From: Obrimoposthia wandeli
Lineage: Eukaryota
Reading direction: 5' to 3'
Assembly (NCBI GenBank): GCA_977020255.1
Contig: CDROCS010001088.1
Span: 62,001-126,000, forward strand
DNA length: 64,000 nt
Of the stretch, positions 1 to 14,590 are shown one piece after another. Within the stretch, counting starts at the first letter, position 1. Each line of letters starts with the position of its first letter. A program made the translations under genes and the position numbers. The notes below the pieces were generated by a model, which searched no databases, was not told the origin of the DNA, and saw nothing but the letters and a program-made list of their open reading frames with translations.

Positions 1-3000
1 TTCAGATTATAAATATAATATATTAAAATTCTCAAATTTGTTTTAATACATTATTTTTCCCGCCATATCTTTCAAAAAAGCAGAAAATATAAAACTATAT
101 TTATTCTTTCTTAATAGTATATTTCTCAAATAACTGCAAATATTTTCGTAACACATATCTAATTAAAAGTAATTGGGTCTGAATCTTAGTGCAGTGAAGA
201 ATTAGAAAACATTTTATATATTAAGAAAATAGAGATAGAAGATAGTAGTTACATCTTCTCAATTACTGCCTCTCCTTTCTGCCCTGAGAAGATGAATGAA
301 TATTGTGAGACATTGAAAGAAAAATGCCAATTTATTCTCCACTTTGTGACTAATGTACAATTAAACATCATTTGGCCTTGAAATTGCTCGATTATTCTAT
401 TAGATTTTAAAATAATTATGATCTTAATTTAATGGAATTTTCTATTATGTGATTCAGACGAAGAGGTTTCAATTTGGAATAATAATAATTTACCGAAGTA
501 TTTTTAAAGAACGTATTAGTAAAAACACGACTGGTAGATCTTTTAAAGGTTTTATGAATAAAAATAAAATACTAATATTATTCAATCTTTAAAATGACAT
601 AATCTAACTCATTATCTTTTGCATGACTACTTACAGATCTAAGTAAATCATGTGCTTTTTTTTTAACCTTTTAAATTTTATTGTAATATTTTGTAATAAA
701 TTTGTTTCTGATAAATATTTGTAGAGTACCAAATTAATACATTGAAATATATTGATCTAATTTGATTATTTAATTTATGATAAATTAAGCTTTTATATAA
801 CAAGTAAAGTTGTCGAAGCTGGAAAAAGTCCACTGCTTTATTTTATATTATTGTTAATATTACAGATTAAGAGTCGTAAAAATGTTTGCAAAAATGAATA
901 TCATAGAGTGATATGGTAATACGTATACTTAGAAACAGCAATACTGAGGTACACGACCAGAACGACGACTAGTAGTTATTGCATCTCGAATAATATATTG
1001 TCTACAGTGTTGGAGCGCCTCAATAAGAACAGCTGGGACTTCCGCACAAGAAACACAGAGTCAACTATGGAGAAGCCCTCTGATACCCAGTCACACACAG
1101 TCACAGATAAACAAGAATAAAAGAGATGGTTTCTTGCTAGAGAGCTGCTTCTAGCAGTTGTGACAGGAAGCAGAGTGAAGACACGGCTGCTTCTCCTTGT
1201 TGTCCTTGTTGTGACTAATGTGCTCAGCAGCAGCAGCAATAGAAAGTGCAGCTCGACAAACATTGTCAAGACAATATTGATACACATGTAAAAGACCGCA
1301 TTTTGAGGTGGGAACACTTTCTGCTGCTTTACTTTTCAGCTCTCTCTCCCACTTATTATTTCTTGCTTATTTGCGTTGATTGACACTTCCAAGCCAGTAT
1401 TTTTTACTGGCTAAATACAAAATGTTACAAAAAGATGACAATATATTTCGAACTTCTTGGAATTTATAAAAGCCAATTATATTCAACTAAACTACTTTAT
1501 TAGTTGCAAACATAAATAGGAAGAAAATATGTTAAAATATTCATATATCTGAACTTCAATGTATAAGACCGGTTGTCGAGTATATTTTACATTGGATTAT
1601 TCATCGAGGTACTACATGGGGCTCCATGATGTACATTAACAATTTTACCCATACCTAATTACTGTTTTTAAATATTTTGCGTACATCATAAGGACTCGAA
1701 AATGGAAAATGGAAAATATTTCTGAGTCAATGGTTAAAATTAAAAGATACCACCATTTTGTCATAAAACAAAAAACAACGATCAATTCTAACCAATTATA
1801 AAAATTGTTACATATCTATCCCTCATTGAAATGCCAATTATGGTACATGTAGTTGCACGAAAAATAATAATGATAAACAACCAGTTCCCAACGACAGATC
1901 ATATAAAAAGAAATCCGAAATAAAACTCACAGGATGAGGTCAAGCTATACTGGTTGTATTATAACAAATTTGTCCGTGTATCCGTATATATCGTTATAAA
2001 ATAAATTAAATAATGAATTTATTTATTAATAACATTTCTTATAATGCATTGACAGTTATCAGCAATCTTTGTACATCACAATTGTTTTGATATCAATTTT
2101 TAAATGTGTATAAGGTTTCCTTGAGCCGGTGTTTTTGAACTACGAAGTTGCAACCCAAATTTGGCCTGTAATATTTTTAGATGGTTCACAGATCATTATG
2201 ATTTTAGACCTACATTTCAAAAAAATTATATGATAATCTTTTTCTCATGTTTCTGAAATAAATGAATAAATAGAAATGATAAAATATTATAATAAATTTC
2301 CATTTCATTTCTTCGATTTCCTATTATGACTTTGTTTACATATTCGGTAAAGTTATTATTATTATTATTCACGATATTCATTAGTACATTAGTGTGTCAC
2401 ATGTTTTTAAAATGTAGCAATATTATTACGCTGAAGTTTCATTTTGTATATTTTTAAATTCTCAACCTCATCGCATATTTTAAATAAACTAATATTTATT
2501 GGTTACGTTTTAACGCGGATATTTAAAATTTTACATTAACGAAATCAATGCATAAATTACAAAATTGAAACTGATATATGTAGGTTACTATACAAATCTA
2601 TTTCATTTTATTATTTGAATAGAAACTTATATATTATATAAATCTAGTGGAGTCCTATTATACCGAGAACCTTAGCATAAACTGTAAACTTTTCAATTTT
2701 CTTAACTTCATTACTTAAATTTTAAAAGTTTCATAAGAAAGAAAGTTACATTTACTTTTATATAACACTGAAAATGTCAATTAATTTTCGCGTAAAAATA
2801 GAAACGATTAACATTTATATTTTTGAATAAAGCAAACTAAGTTATTTTCTTCTTTTATTGTTTAATTAAAAAATCTATTTACTTTTAGAAAAATAAAATT
2901 TAACTTTCAAAATTAGGAAAATCGAAAAATTAACAGACTTTTGCTTGTATGATTTTTGTGTATTAAGAATTCAACATAAAAATCACATAGTACATAACTT

Positions 3001-5944
3001 TGTAATAAGAATTAAAATAAATTACTGTTAAGTTTCATTATTTTTTTAAATAGCCATGAATCTATCTACTATATACAATATTACAAATGCTATAATAATT
3101 TTGGCCATACATTCAATAAATTAGCATACTTTCATTTGCAGATTTCAGGATATTTAATATGTACATTTGTTTATTATTATTCCTACTAAATGTAAAAATA
3201 ATTTTTATCAAATTTCTTCGATAAATTTACAATTCGTTTGTATTCTAATCAAGAAATATGGGAATAGAACCTTTATAAATCCCTTTGTTAAATTTAAACT
3301 GTGAATCTTCTATTAGATACTATTGCTTTACTTCCTCCTGCATATATATATTTTGAAGTAAATATATCATGGAAAATATTGTAACAATAACTGCTAGACG
3401 CATAGTTCTTATTAGACCTTTTCTTACACAATAGACATAAATCGATTATTTATTTCACTGAATACATATATTGGACTGAGAAGTGTCAAAATATTGTATG
3501 CAATGTTCAAAACAATAAACTTTATTGTTAAAAATAACATAAACACTAAAAGAGAAAAGGGCGTAGCACATTGAATTACTAATGCATTTCTTTATTGAAA
3601 ATTATCTAAATTATAACGAATTTATTGAGGTTAGAATTTTTGGTTAATTTTCTAACCCTTTATTGAAAAATCTATTTAGATTAAGCATTTTCAACCAATA
3701 TTAGGAAGTTATTTGAGAGAGATACCGCAGAAAAAGTTAAATAAATACTTAATATTTTCTAAAAGTTAAAATTTTATTTACATTATATTTACATTAAATT
3801 CATAAATATAACTTTTTATTTAAAGCAAAATTAACAAAAATAAATACTTTAAATCCACACACGTTTAATAATTAATAATATAATACTTCCAGTAACATAA
3901 TGTATTTTTAATGAGATTCAAGATGTATAATAAATAACATGTAGTAAAACAAATTTTACAGAATGAATCTTGTTTATTTTGAATAATTATTTTCATTCAC
4001 TAATTTCTTTTTATAACACATCTAGCATTGCTTTTAATTACTTTTGCATAAGGCTTAAAAAATATTTAAAATTGGTACTTGGAATTCAATGTACGTTTAT
4101 AATTATATTAAAAGTACTAACTTAAATTAAATAAACTTACTTTCATATATTTACTTTAAATTGTGGAAACTTAACTAAAATAGATCATAAATTTGTCATG
4201 AGGTTATCAGCAACTTTTTCACAAATCAAAATTAACGACTAATATTCATTTCCCAAACAAAATGTAAAGGTGCCTTCAAAATCGATTTTATTGAGAAAGA
4301 AAATAATAAAATTATATTTTTAAACAAACGCTAATGAATAAGTTTGAAATTAGATTTATGTGCATGTTTATTCTTCTGAGACATCAAAAACAAATTAATT
4401 TGTCTTCACTGATATTAAACTCAACAATAAACTAGAAATTCAACCTCTAACAAGGAAACTAAATATTAATTAAAAATATCCAAGATTCTTTGTGCATTAA
4501 GAAAACAAATTTTCAGAGAGCAGTAACTCACTTGTGAAGCATAGCGTTATATTGATATTGAATTTTAAAATCGTCAGTTAAATATAATCCCATGATGAAA
4601 CAGAATTCCCTCCCACAATTTTCTACTCCCCTACAATATTCTCTTTCTCTCTCCTCAAATTCTTGCTCAGAAATTAACTATTTATCCACTAATACCTTTG
4701 TCTAACTCTTATTCAGTCAAACATTGTTTATAGTCGTTAATCATTAATCTGCCTTCCTTCGTAGAAACCACAAATTTGGCTCTCCCTAATCATCATCATC
4801 ACCTTCATCATTGTGGTCGATGTCACCACCAGTTCTTCTTCCGTCTTCTGGAATCAACTATGGACCAGTCCACTTGATCCAAACACGAACATTCATCTTG
4901 GCAAAGAAGACAGATAAAACAACATTCGCTCACGCTCAGTCATGCCAATTTGGGTCAATCTTTCTTTTGTTCTGTTGTTGCACTCGCGCAATTATCTCTT
5001 CTCAATTCTCCCACACTCTTTCTAGGAGTACCTGAGTGGATATTGCTTGAAATCACATTGTTTCCAATAATCCAGCCTCTGCATCACCATCTTCAAATTC
5101 TTCTTCTCATTTTTATTCAATGCTATGCTGCGCTTTTATATGAAACTGTCCAACATTGAAACCAATACATTTTATATGAATTTCACGCCCTTGCAGTTGA
5201 CTTGCTGACAAAGCAGCTGATACATTTCAAATCGAATTTCTTAATAAAATATTGTAGAGCTACTTTTAAGGCCTACATTTTACTTCAAGTAAAAAAGATT
5301 AAACTTCAAGTTTAAAAATAATAACAATAATAGTACATGCATTTGTTAAGAATAAGTATTATGTGTCTGCTCTACACATGCTGAGCTCAGTATTTAAATA
5401 AAATTTGCTAATTAGTAAATTATCACAGTAAAAAGTCACCAGTGGTTTACAATAAAAAATATAAGTAGAAAAAGTATATAATGTATTAAAATACAAATTT
5501 ATCGGTTAATGTATTCTTTTGTAAACAGGCTAAAAGTATGGAAGGTTTAAAGTCAATTGTTATTTAGCTAGAAAGGTGGTGCTTGACTCAGATGGTTGTT
5601 GTTCTCATTCGTTTCAAGTTGTGACCTTCACTAAATGTCTTATAACAAATAATTGACAAACAACACACAGATGTAACTTACAAGCTCGTCTGAAAAGCCA
5701 TGTATATTTTGAGTTATTGTAGACAGTTTTCTGTGTGTCAATTAACTAAAAGCTAATTTTAGTTTTTTTTTCTCGAATTAGTCAACGAATAATATACCAA
5801 TTATATATACAAGTGATTATTTTAACTAGAACTTGAATGTGCTCAGAGCTGGTCAAACTTGTACTTTCGCGGTGAAACATAAATAAGTCAAACAAACAAG
5901 TAAGTTCGAAAACCACTGATTGGTGTAATTTTCTACATCTAGAG

Positions 5945-6314
5945 TAGCGGTTTCCAAACCTTTTGGAAGGCGTCCCAGGTAAAAAAGAAAAACTTTAGTG
6001 ACCCTTTTTAAAAAAATTAGTAACACAATTATATTTATTAATTCAAGATCTTTTTTTAATAAACAAATTTTTAACGTACAAATAGTATTGTCAAATTATT
6101 GAGCATTACTCTTTTGTATAATGGGAAAATTATATAAAAACTACATGTTCTGTACTTTTTCAAAGCCTACTTTTTTAAATTTCTAACTTAAAAAATAGCT
6201 TTGTAAAATTACTCTTTCATGTTAATGTTCAATAATTTTATTTTAAGTATCGAAATATTTTTTTAACGCGACCCTTTCGAAAATTAGTTGCGCCCCACAC
6301 TTTGGAAACCGCTG
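5945..6314. mobile_element. hAT (Charlie-like) MITE
   Basis: TIRs tagcggtttccaaa / tttggaaaccgctg; 8-bp TSD atctagag / atttagag (7/8 match, central TA). Confidence 0.85.
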
Positions 6315-9300
6315 ATTTAGAGTGATGCCGAAAAGAAAACGACCCAAGAGAAAATTAAACACACCAAAGGGTAAATTTGATTAACTTTCAATCAATAGAA
6401 ACTTGTAAAATCACTTGCTGAAGCAAGAAATTTTCAAAAATGTTATAAACGGACCTGAGCATTATTGATTGAATAAAGAAATAAGTAATTATTGTCGTAT
6501 ATTTTATATTACTTTAAATTATATAAAAATACTTAAATTGAATATATATATATGTTGCGTTGAATGTACATAATCACAAATAAATAATTTATATCTGTTT
6601 TATAACTATTTTTAACATTCTTTTAACAAAATGAGATTGTTTTTATTGTTTTTACAATATTTTTTAATACATTTTTAATATTTAGATTTATTTTAGAAAG
6701 AGCTAAAATTACAACCAGGCTAATTGAACAGGCTAAGTAAAGAATCAATCCACTATAATTTTTATAAAAAAGATTAATAAGAAGTTTAGATAATACATAT
6801 TGTATATATGTTTTTGCTTTATCTAATCGATAAAAAATCTGAGATAGAAATGAGATAATTTAAATTTTAAAAAGTACAATTTTAATTTATTCCTGTAAAT
6901 TCCTAGAAATTGAATTAGATGTTTATAATATTATTTAAAAACTTTTTATCTATTAGCTAAATAAAAAAATATTAATTTTCGTTTTAATTAACTATTTTAT
7001 TGATAAATATTTTAGTTAATGTTTAAATTATATTTATTGACAAGGAAACTCTTTTTTGTGATAAGGAAACTTCTTCGAAAATATAATTTCTATAAATACA
7101 TTCTCTTTTTCACTCACTTATCATGTCGTCAGAAATCAATTTTAATCAAGCTTTTTTTGAATTATCAAATAAAAAGAAACAAATGCCTTTCCTTTTAGAC
7201 ATAAAAATGTGCTACAAACATTGAACATTTCATTTTGCAGACAAGGTTAATGACAAAACTACAAGACTGGGACACACGTAGGAAATAATCGTTTGGCCCA
7301 GGTTTGATTGAGAATTTTTAGATTTATAAATTCGATTTGTAAGTTTAAAAAAAATAACTTTGAAAAAAACTCAAATTTCGAAAATTACTTTGTGTGTAAA
7401 TACGTTATTTTCAACCAGTTCTTTTTAATTTTTTTAATTTTCCCTATTTACTACAATCTTTAAGGACTAAAAACTGTTCCAATTGAAAATTTAGAATTCT
7501 TAGTCGTAACTATCTGACATAAAATACAATTAATTCATTTGTTGTCCGCATTAGCGAAATATTTAGTTTTTTGTCAGTTTCTAAACCAGCTTTTGGGAAA
7601 TAACAAAACACAATTTAAGATGTCATAATTCACTTATCTGTAGAAATATATAGATTGATATTTTGTTCTTCTTTATTAAGACATTGTATCGTATCTCGTA
7701 TCTAATTAATTTAAAAAAACAAATAGAAATATTAATTAAAATAATGTTAAAAATAGTTATAAAACAGATATAAATTATTTATTTGTGATTATGTACATTC
7801 AACGATTATGTACATTCAGTGCAATATATATATTTATATACTTAGAAACTCTTTTTTTATTTGAAGGAATTGATTTTTAATATTTATAAAAACCTTATTT
7901 TTTATTTCATTTTAACTAAAAGAAGGCAACTTGATTTCATTTAGTACTGAGTTTCAGATATATTGTGTTATATTCGTTTATAAAAAGGCTAATTTAACGC
8001 TTTTTATATCAAATATTTCGTAATTAATCAAATTAATCAACTTAATTCAGCCATAAAAAGGGAAAATTTTGATATGTAACGGGGTTAAGCGAACTCTCAT
8101 TCTGAAATATAAGTCACTTTCATTTAAATATTAGAAATAACAAATTTTCCCAAACCCTACTTAATATATATAAATATATATAAAAAGTTGTGGATAAAAA
8201 TTTATAGGTTTATAAATTGATGTAGTTTATTTGAATTGATTTAAAACATTTTGAAAGTTTAAATGACCTAAAAACTTCCGAAGTATTAAAATAAAATTTA
8301 AGGTACAGTTTTTGTTAATCATTTTACAGACACTACCATATCTTCTTAGACAAATCAAAGGAAAAACTTAATTTTTTGATAAACTTAGTTCGTTACTCTT
8401 GGCTTGAGGAATAAGAACTATTTTTAACTTAAACTTATAACGTATGGGTAGTCTGAAACATAAAAAATCACGACCATCAATTATTTTCTTAAAATATTCC
8501 CTATAAGTAGAGATGAACTATATTTCTACGAATCACTGCACATTTGAGATTAACTTAAAATAAAGTAGGTTTTATTAAACACAATGGTATATTGTTGAAT
8601 TGAAAATGTTTCCCTACTCTCCAATAGTGGTGACTAACCCTCACAGAAGGTGGAGAGGGTGGACAGAAACATCTGATATCCGAGCTAGATGAGTTAAGAT
8701 TTCCGTTCTGACCTTATCAGATCTCAGGAATGAACACGAAGAGAAATGTGGCACCAAAACAGATATCCATCTCAATAAATATTGACCACTCCAAGGAGCT
8801 CTGTGAAAGAATGTTTTACGCATACTATGTAATGATCATTACTTCTTTAATTTTTATTGTTGAATCAAATTAAAATTTTCCCACAATTTCATCGGCATTT
8901 AAAAGAAGTGGATTTGGTGGGGAGTATAAATTAAGTTGTTTCTTAATAGTTGTTTGTATGAAATTTGAAAAGTATTATTTTACATTACATGAAAAAGAAT
9001 TTCCGATAGAGGTTTTCACTTCAGGTTTATCTCTTCGTTTGCAGTGTGTTGATTAGGTGGCTAAATGTTGGTTAAAGTAATTTAAAAAAGATTTCAATAT
9101 ACATTTTTACATAATTCAATTCATTGTAATTTTAAAATATCCAAGTTAAATGTTTAATAACAAGCATCGAAATTCCTCTAAAACTAATGTTTTCTATAAA
9201 TGAAGTCGCATTATAGCGAACAGGTGCTGCAAATTTCCTTATTTATGAGAAACATCGAGGAAAGATAATATTTTCTTTCAATATATTTAATACTTGAGAA

Positions 9301-12300
9301 TATTATTTTTTAAACTTTTTCATTTTAATTTTAATGAATACCGTTTTATCTATTAGCATCATTTTACTTTCTTAGCTGATTAAAGCTTTTGATCGTGACT
9401 AGATGTTCCAAGAGGTCATTTACCAGATTACAGTGGCTATAAAATCTGAAATTTGATTTTTCTTTATAATGTTCACACAAATGCACTCAAATTTCCGAAA
9501 CAGTGTGACAATTTTGCTTTTTAATAATTCAATTCCAATAGTAATTCATAAATGTTCGTCTCGTTTTGAAGCCATATTTAATCGACAAATTGGATCAATA
9601 TAAAATTAATTTTAGATGATTTGTATAAATTACTAACTATTAATTTGGTTGTTAATTACCCCAAACTATGGACGACAGTCATCGCTGATTACTGAGTAAC
9701 GCCCTGGTAAATGTACTAATTTCACCGAAGGATGGGAGTGAAGACAGACGCACATGTGCACCACCGTGTGTGTACACCACATGGCTGCTAGAAGCGAACC
9801 ATGTGAAGAGCCCCTGTAAACACACAGGCACTGCCTCATAATCATGGGATACAGCTCTACAGAAACATGTGGCGCACATTTGGTTTCACTGTGGGAATTG
9901 TATCATTGTGTGGTGGTGGTCATCACTCTACCGCCAATTAGCCGGACCGAGCGATAATGGGCTGTGCCATTTGTGACCGGGTCGGGATTAATTATCAGGT
10001 GATAACTACCCATGTCTGCAATTGCGCCGGCCTTTAACACTGAGGCCACTTCTTCTGCTGCTGCTGACGATTCATTCTGTGACAGCATCAATCTTCTTTT
10101 CTTTTTCCTGTACACATTCGGAACTGAGAAGAAGCATGTGTAATTGTCGCATTACATAATTTATTTCGTTAATTAAGAAAAACAGACATTTTCAGAACAA
10201 TAAACAAAAACGGATTTTACCCCCTCAAAAATGACATCACAACAATCATAAAATGCATCGATAACTAAAATACAACAGAAGTCAGTGGTAAATTAACAAT
10301 GGTGATTCTAGGTCTCCACGCCAGGCTGTACTTAGAGCGTATATTAAAATTCTAGGTAATACACTACAAAATGACACATTTTCAAAGTCCTAATATGAGC
10401 TCAAGCTTCTCGTCTTTTTGTTTCGTAATTGTCTAATTAGAGCGAAAGTTATTTGTTTATGGCATAGTTGACTTGACGTGCTTTAAATGTACTCGATCTA
10501 GGTAAAACTATCGACAAACATTTCAGCATTTGGTTTCTTTACCAGGTCTACTACTTTCTTTTTCTTGTTAACAGTTCCTATTTCTTTATATTGAAACTGC
10601 AATTGATTTTTAACCAGTTTTAAAAGTTAACAAAATACAAAAATAATAATTAATTTAATTACTTTTTTTCTAGCTTCTAACATAACATTTAGCGGTCAGA
10701 AATGTTGAAAATTCACCTAAAATCTTATATAAAGGTATATGGTCTTCAATCTTCAAGCTGTACATTTACATAATCAGTTTTAGAATTTCCAAAAACTCTC
10801 GGGAAAAACCCACAAAGGACAAACAAACTTGATTAGTTTGGCTGTTATAGAGCGACTCATTTCGTCATTTTTATGATGGAAAACATAACTGGCAACCACG
10901 CCGAAATAAATGTATTGACGAGAAATCAATCAAATAAGAATATTCTCGAGTTTCTTCCTAAAGAGACTAGAAAGATGTTGCAGTACAATATAAGAAGATA
11001 TGATGGAAAGAGTTTAAAGGAAGGTGAAAAATTGTTAAAATATAAATGAGAGTGGGTCGACGCAAATGATTTAATATCAGGGATGCATTTGATTTGCTGC
11101 TGTTCGATAAAGCTGCATTATTATGGAAGGATGCCAATGAAGCGGTAAATTAAACAATTGAAGTCAAAAAATGGTCTGAAAAAATGTCTTAGAAAAAAAA
11201 ATTCATTGTTGATAATGTATGCGAACTCGCAAAGGTGAAGTAAGTAGAAGACGAACGTTTCTCAGCGCTAGAGTTAGAAAACTCGTTGAGGCCAAAATGG
11301 AAAACAACGTTTGCAAAGATGAGCTGACTGACGCTTTTAATAAAGATACGGTACACAGAGTAAAACTGAAGGAACGGTTTTTATTAAAACCGCAGATGCC
11401 AAAAGAAGAAGTAGATATATTGGGTTTATAGCGAAATTGAGAAAAAGAAAGAGCGAAATACATATGATAATACATTAAAAAGAAAGTACAACCGTCCTCA
11501 TGTTTCGATCAATACGAAAAAACACTCAGTACCAGTATCAGTACATCACGAATACAAAAGTTATGTTAATGAAGAAAAAAGACACATAAATAGGGATGCA
11601 CAAAACCAAAATTATAGGAGACAAATACATTTATTTCTTGGCGAATTAAATACTTTATTGAATCAGGAACAATTTTTTTAAACATTCCATCTCAAACAGA
11701 TTAACCCAGAAGTACTATAAAGAAACTTATAAATAAACTTTATTCAATTATGCAAAAATTTTAATTTGAGTTTTAAAGTATAATTCCACGAATAAATATT
11801 TAAGTAAATTTTATAATTTAACAGCATAAGCATTTATTTGATATTAAGGCAAATTGTGACTGGTTTATTATGTAACTTACTCTACCAAATCTTTAATAAT
11901 TAAAAGGATTTTTACTCATATCGTAATCTGTAAAATGTTTAATTCATCTAATATATATAATTTATATTTAATTTATTTTCCTCCTTAAATAAATAATTTA
12001 ATATAATTTAATATATTTTACTTCATTTGATTATTTTTATATTGTTTTTGAAAATTCGTAGTCAATTCTCTGTCACAACGACACGTTTTATCAATGTTTA
12101 TTTTACACCAAACATTTTGTTCGTCGAAAAAGTTAGTTAACTTTCTTTCAGTCAAGACTACTACAATGTGATAATTATAGAAACGAGAGCAGAGTCTGAG
12201 TCATTGATGCACGAGTCGACAGTGTAATGTGAGTGCACAGATCCGAGTTGTGTAGCACAGTGCAGGACACTTAGTCAGCCAGATATTTGATCGGCCTGTC

Positions 12301-13399
12301 AATCTCATCAACCAAACGCCTCTCTTAGTCACCCGACGAAGCAATGATTGACAGACGGATCCTGACAAATGGAGTCAGTGGAAAGTTCTGCTCTATTGGT
12401 CGGGTCATGGTGACTGGGTCATCCGGTTTGTGGTGCATTTCAGGACACTTACACCTCACCTGGCGCTTCACAGTGGTGCAGTTTGTGTCATCTTTGACTG
12501 ACCGAATACCCGCTCGCAAATACATGTCAGTGTAGTCAGAATGAGCCAAAAATTCTCCCAAAACATGGTTTAAGTTGTGAATAGCTGCTCCCTTGTTGTA
12601 AATTTAATAAATATTTGAATATCGTATTAGATCGTATGTTTTTTTTGTCGTTTGCAAAACCTGCAACGACATTTTCATTATTTGCAAGAAACCACCTTCA
12701 CTTTATCGAAAAGTATGGTCTAAAATACTTTTAATATTTATATTTTTATTAACTAAATCTGAAGATTTATTATTTTATAACTTCTCACTGTTAGTCCAGT
12801 GTTGTAATTTCCCAAAATTAGACATTTATCAAAGATTTTTATAGTATAGCAAAAATAAAAGATATGAAACGTTCTTCTTGGCAGTTCTCAAACGTAATAA
12901 ATAAATATTTTAGACATTTACGATGCTATTGCATTAAATGATTACAAAAAAAATAATGTCAAATTAATCAAACAGTATTTTGATTGATTTTGTTATGTAA
13001 AAGATTTATGAGTTACAAAGATTTTAAAATGAAACATTAAAAATGGAGCATAAATAAGTTCATTCTGTCTCGTTAATGCATTATTTGTGAATATTTGTAG
13101 TATTTTCTCCTCATAAATCTAATCAAATTGCGGAAAAAATTTCGGAAAATAAACATAAATATAAAGAAAGTCGTTTTATCAATTAGGCTTAGTTTCTATT
13201 GATGTGTTTAATGATTTTCTGTGCTACGAATTTCATAATGAAAATAAACATTGTTTTTTTCCAAATATTGAAGGAATTTTTATAAAATAAACAAATATTT
13301 CTATGTTTAAGTATGATTATTTTTGATATTAAAATTATTTAAAAATAATGTAAACATATATTTTAAAAATTTGTTTATTAAGTTTGAAAAATAAGACAA

Positions 13400-13630
13400 A
13401 ATAAGACCCTTCTGGTTATATACATGTATCCAACATGCTGTGAAAGATTCGAAACCTGTTGGATACCTCCGACTTTATACTTTCTATAATATAAAATTTG
13501 TTCCCATTCAGAAATGAAGAAAATTATTAAAAATAAGAAAATCAGTTGGAGCAGGTCTGGTGAGCAAGCAGGAAGTGGAAAATTTTCATATTTCAAGTTC
13601 CTCAATTTATACTGCATTCGAATCAAAACC
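13400..13630 (-). pseudogene. Tc1/mariner transposase remnant (xPxxSPDL region)
   Basis: FPLPACSPDL followed by a shifted-frame KVxSRRYP segment, resembling the WPPxSPDL...KVY motif of Tc1-type transposases; heavily decayed. Confidence 0.5.
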
Positions 13631-14590
13631 AGTCAACTAGCAAAATGTGTTCTTTTTCGATTGGATAAACTGTTTTTTTAATAATTATCTTTGATTTCTT
13701 ATATAAATTTCGTTGCAATATGAGTAGAAAAAAACAGCATTCATTTTGTCTAAACCTTCACCAAACACTAAATTTATATTTCTGAATGCTTCCGCTGCCA
13801 TGTGACTTAATTTATATCCATATAAGAAGTAATCCGTTTTTTGGTTTCAATCCTTACCAAATTCCAATATAAAATTATAAAGTTGTTCTACAAACCATAT
13901 GATTTAATTTACTATATAACATATATGATATTTCATTATTTCATCATAATGTTAAGCAATATAGTTAATGACACGGAGTTTTCAGAGTTATACCCATTTC
14001 TTCCAACTGCATTGTATGCTGCAAATTACTTATGGAATTTATTTAGTGTATTAAGTCAGATAAATCATTCATTTTTAAATCCATTAAAGATAGATACTAA
14101 TTCAGGGAAATTGTCCATGAAGGGTATTCATGATAAAGATATAACTCTCCTCACCAAATATATGATCCCAATCTTCTCAAATTTCTAGCTAGAAGAACAA
14201 TCAGTTTATCACATCAGATGATTTAGTCCAAACTTAGAGTATGAATTCTGCTACAAGATGAAGACATGGCCTAAATTGCAATTTTATCAAGTTAAAGTTT
14301 GCACTAAAGGATATAAGAAGGATCCATTTGAGCGAGTGCTTACACTTGACAGAAAGAATATTGTCTCAATTTAATAAGTTTTCAATTTTTTTAATTAAAA
14401 AATCTCACAATATCTTTAAATAACTACAACGTAGTTGATTTTATTCATTCAAAATAGGATATAAATTATTTAACGTTTATTGAGACAATTACAATACCTA
14501 GTTTTCACGTACTAAAGTTTCATATAAATAAATACAAAGTAACATAATTTTTTATATTAAGATTTAAACTTTACAAATAATTTTAAAGTA

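Noticed and set aside
8620-8830. Coding exon or transposase fragment
   Set aside because: All frames are short or interrupted, and no motif was strong enough to call.
10870-11480. Tigger/pogo transposase remnant
   Set aside because: Composition is suggestive, but no catalytic motif or TIR could be supported.
12325-12561. ORF as an sFRP netrin (NTR) domain or M1 aminopeptidase exon
   Set aside because: Only superficial word matches (YLRAGIR, CKCP, YNKGAA); cysteine spacing does not fit, and the rest of the CRD is absent upstream.
13540-13590. CSPDL peptide as the missing second Frizzled CRD exon
   Set aside because: No following FLC/YxPxC cysteines and no splice sites; the context fits the Tc1 xPxxSPDL motif.
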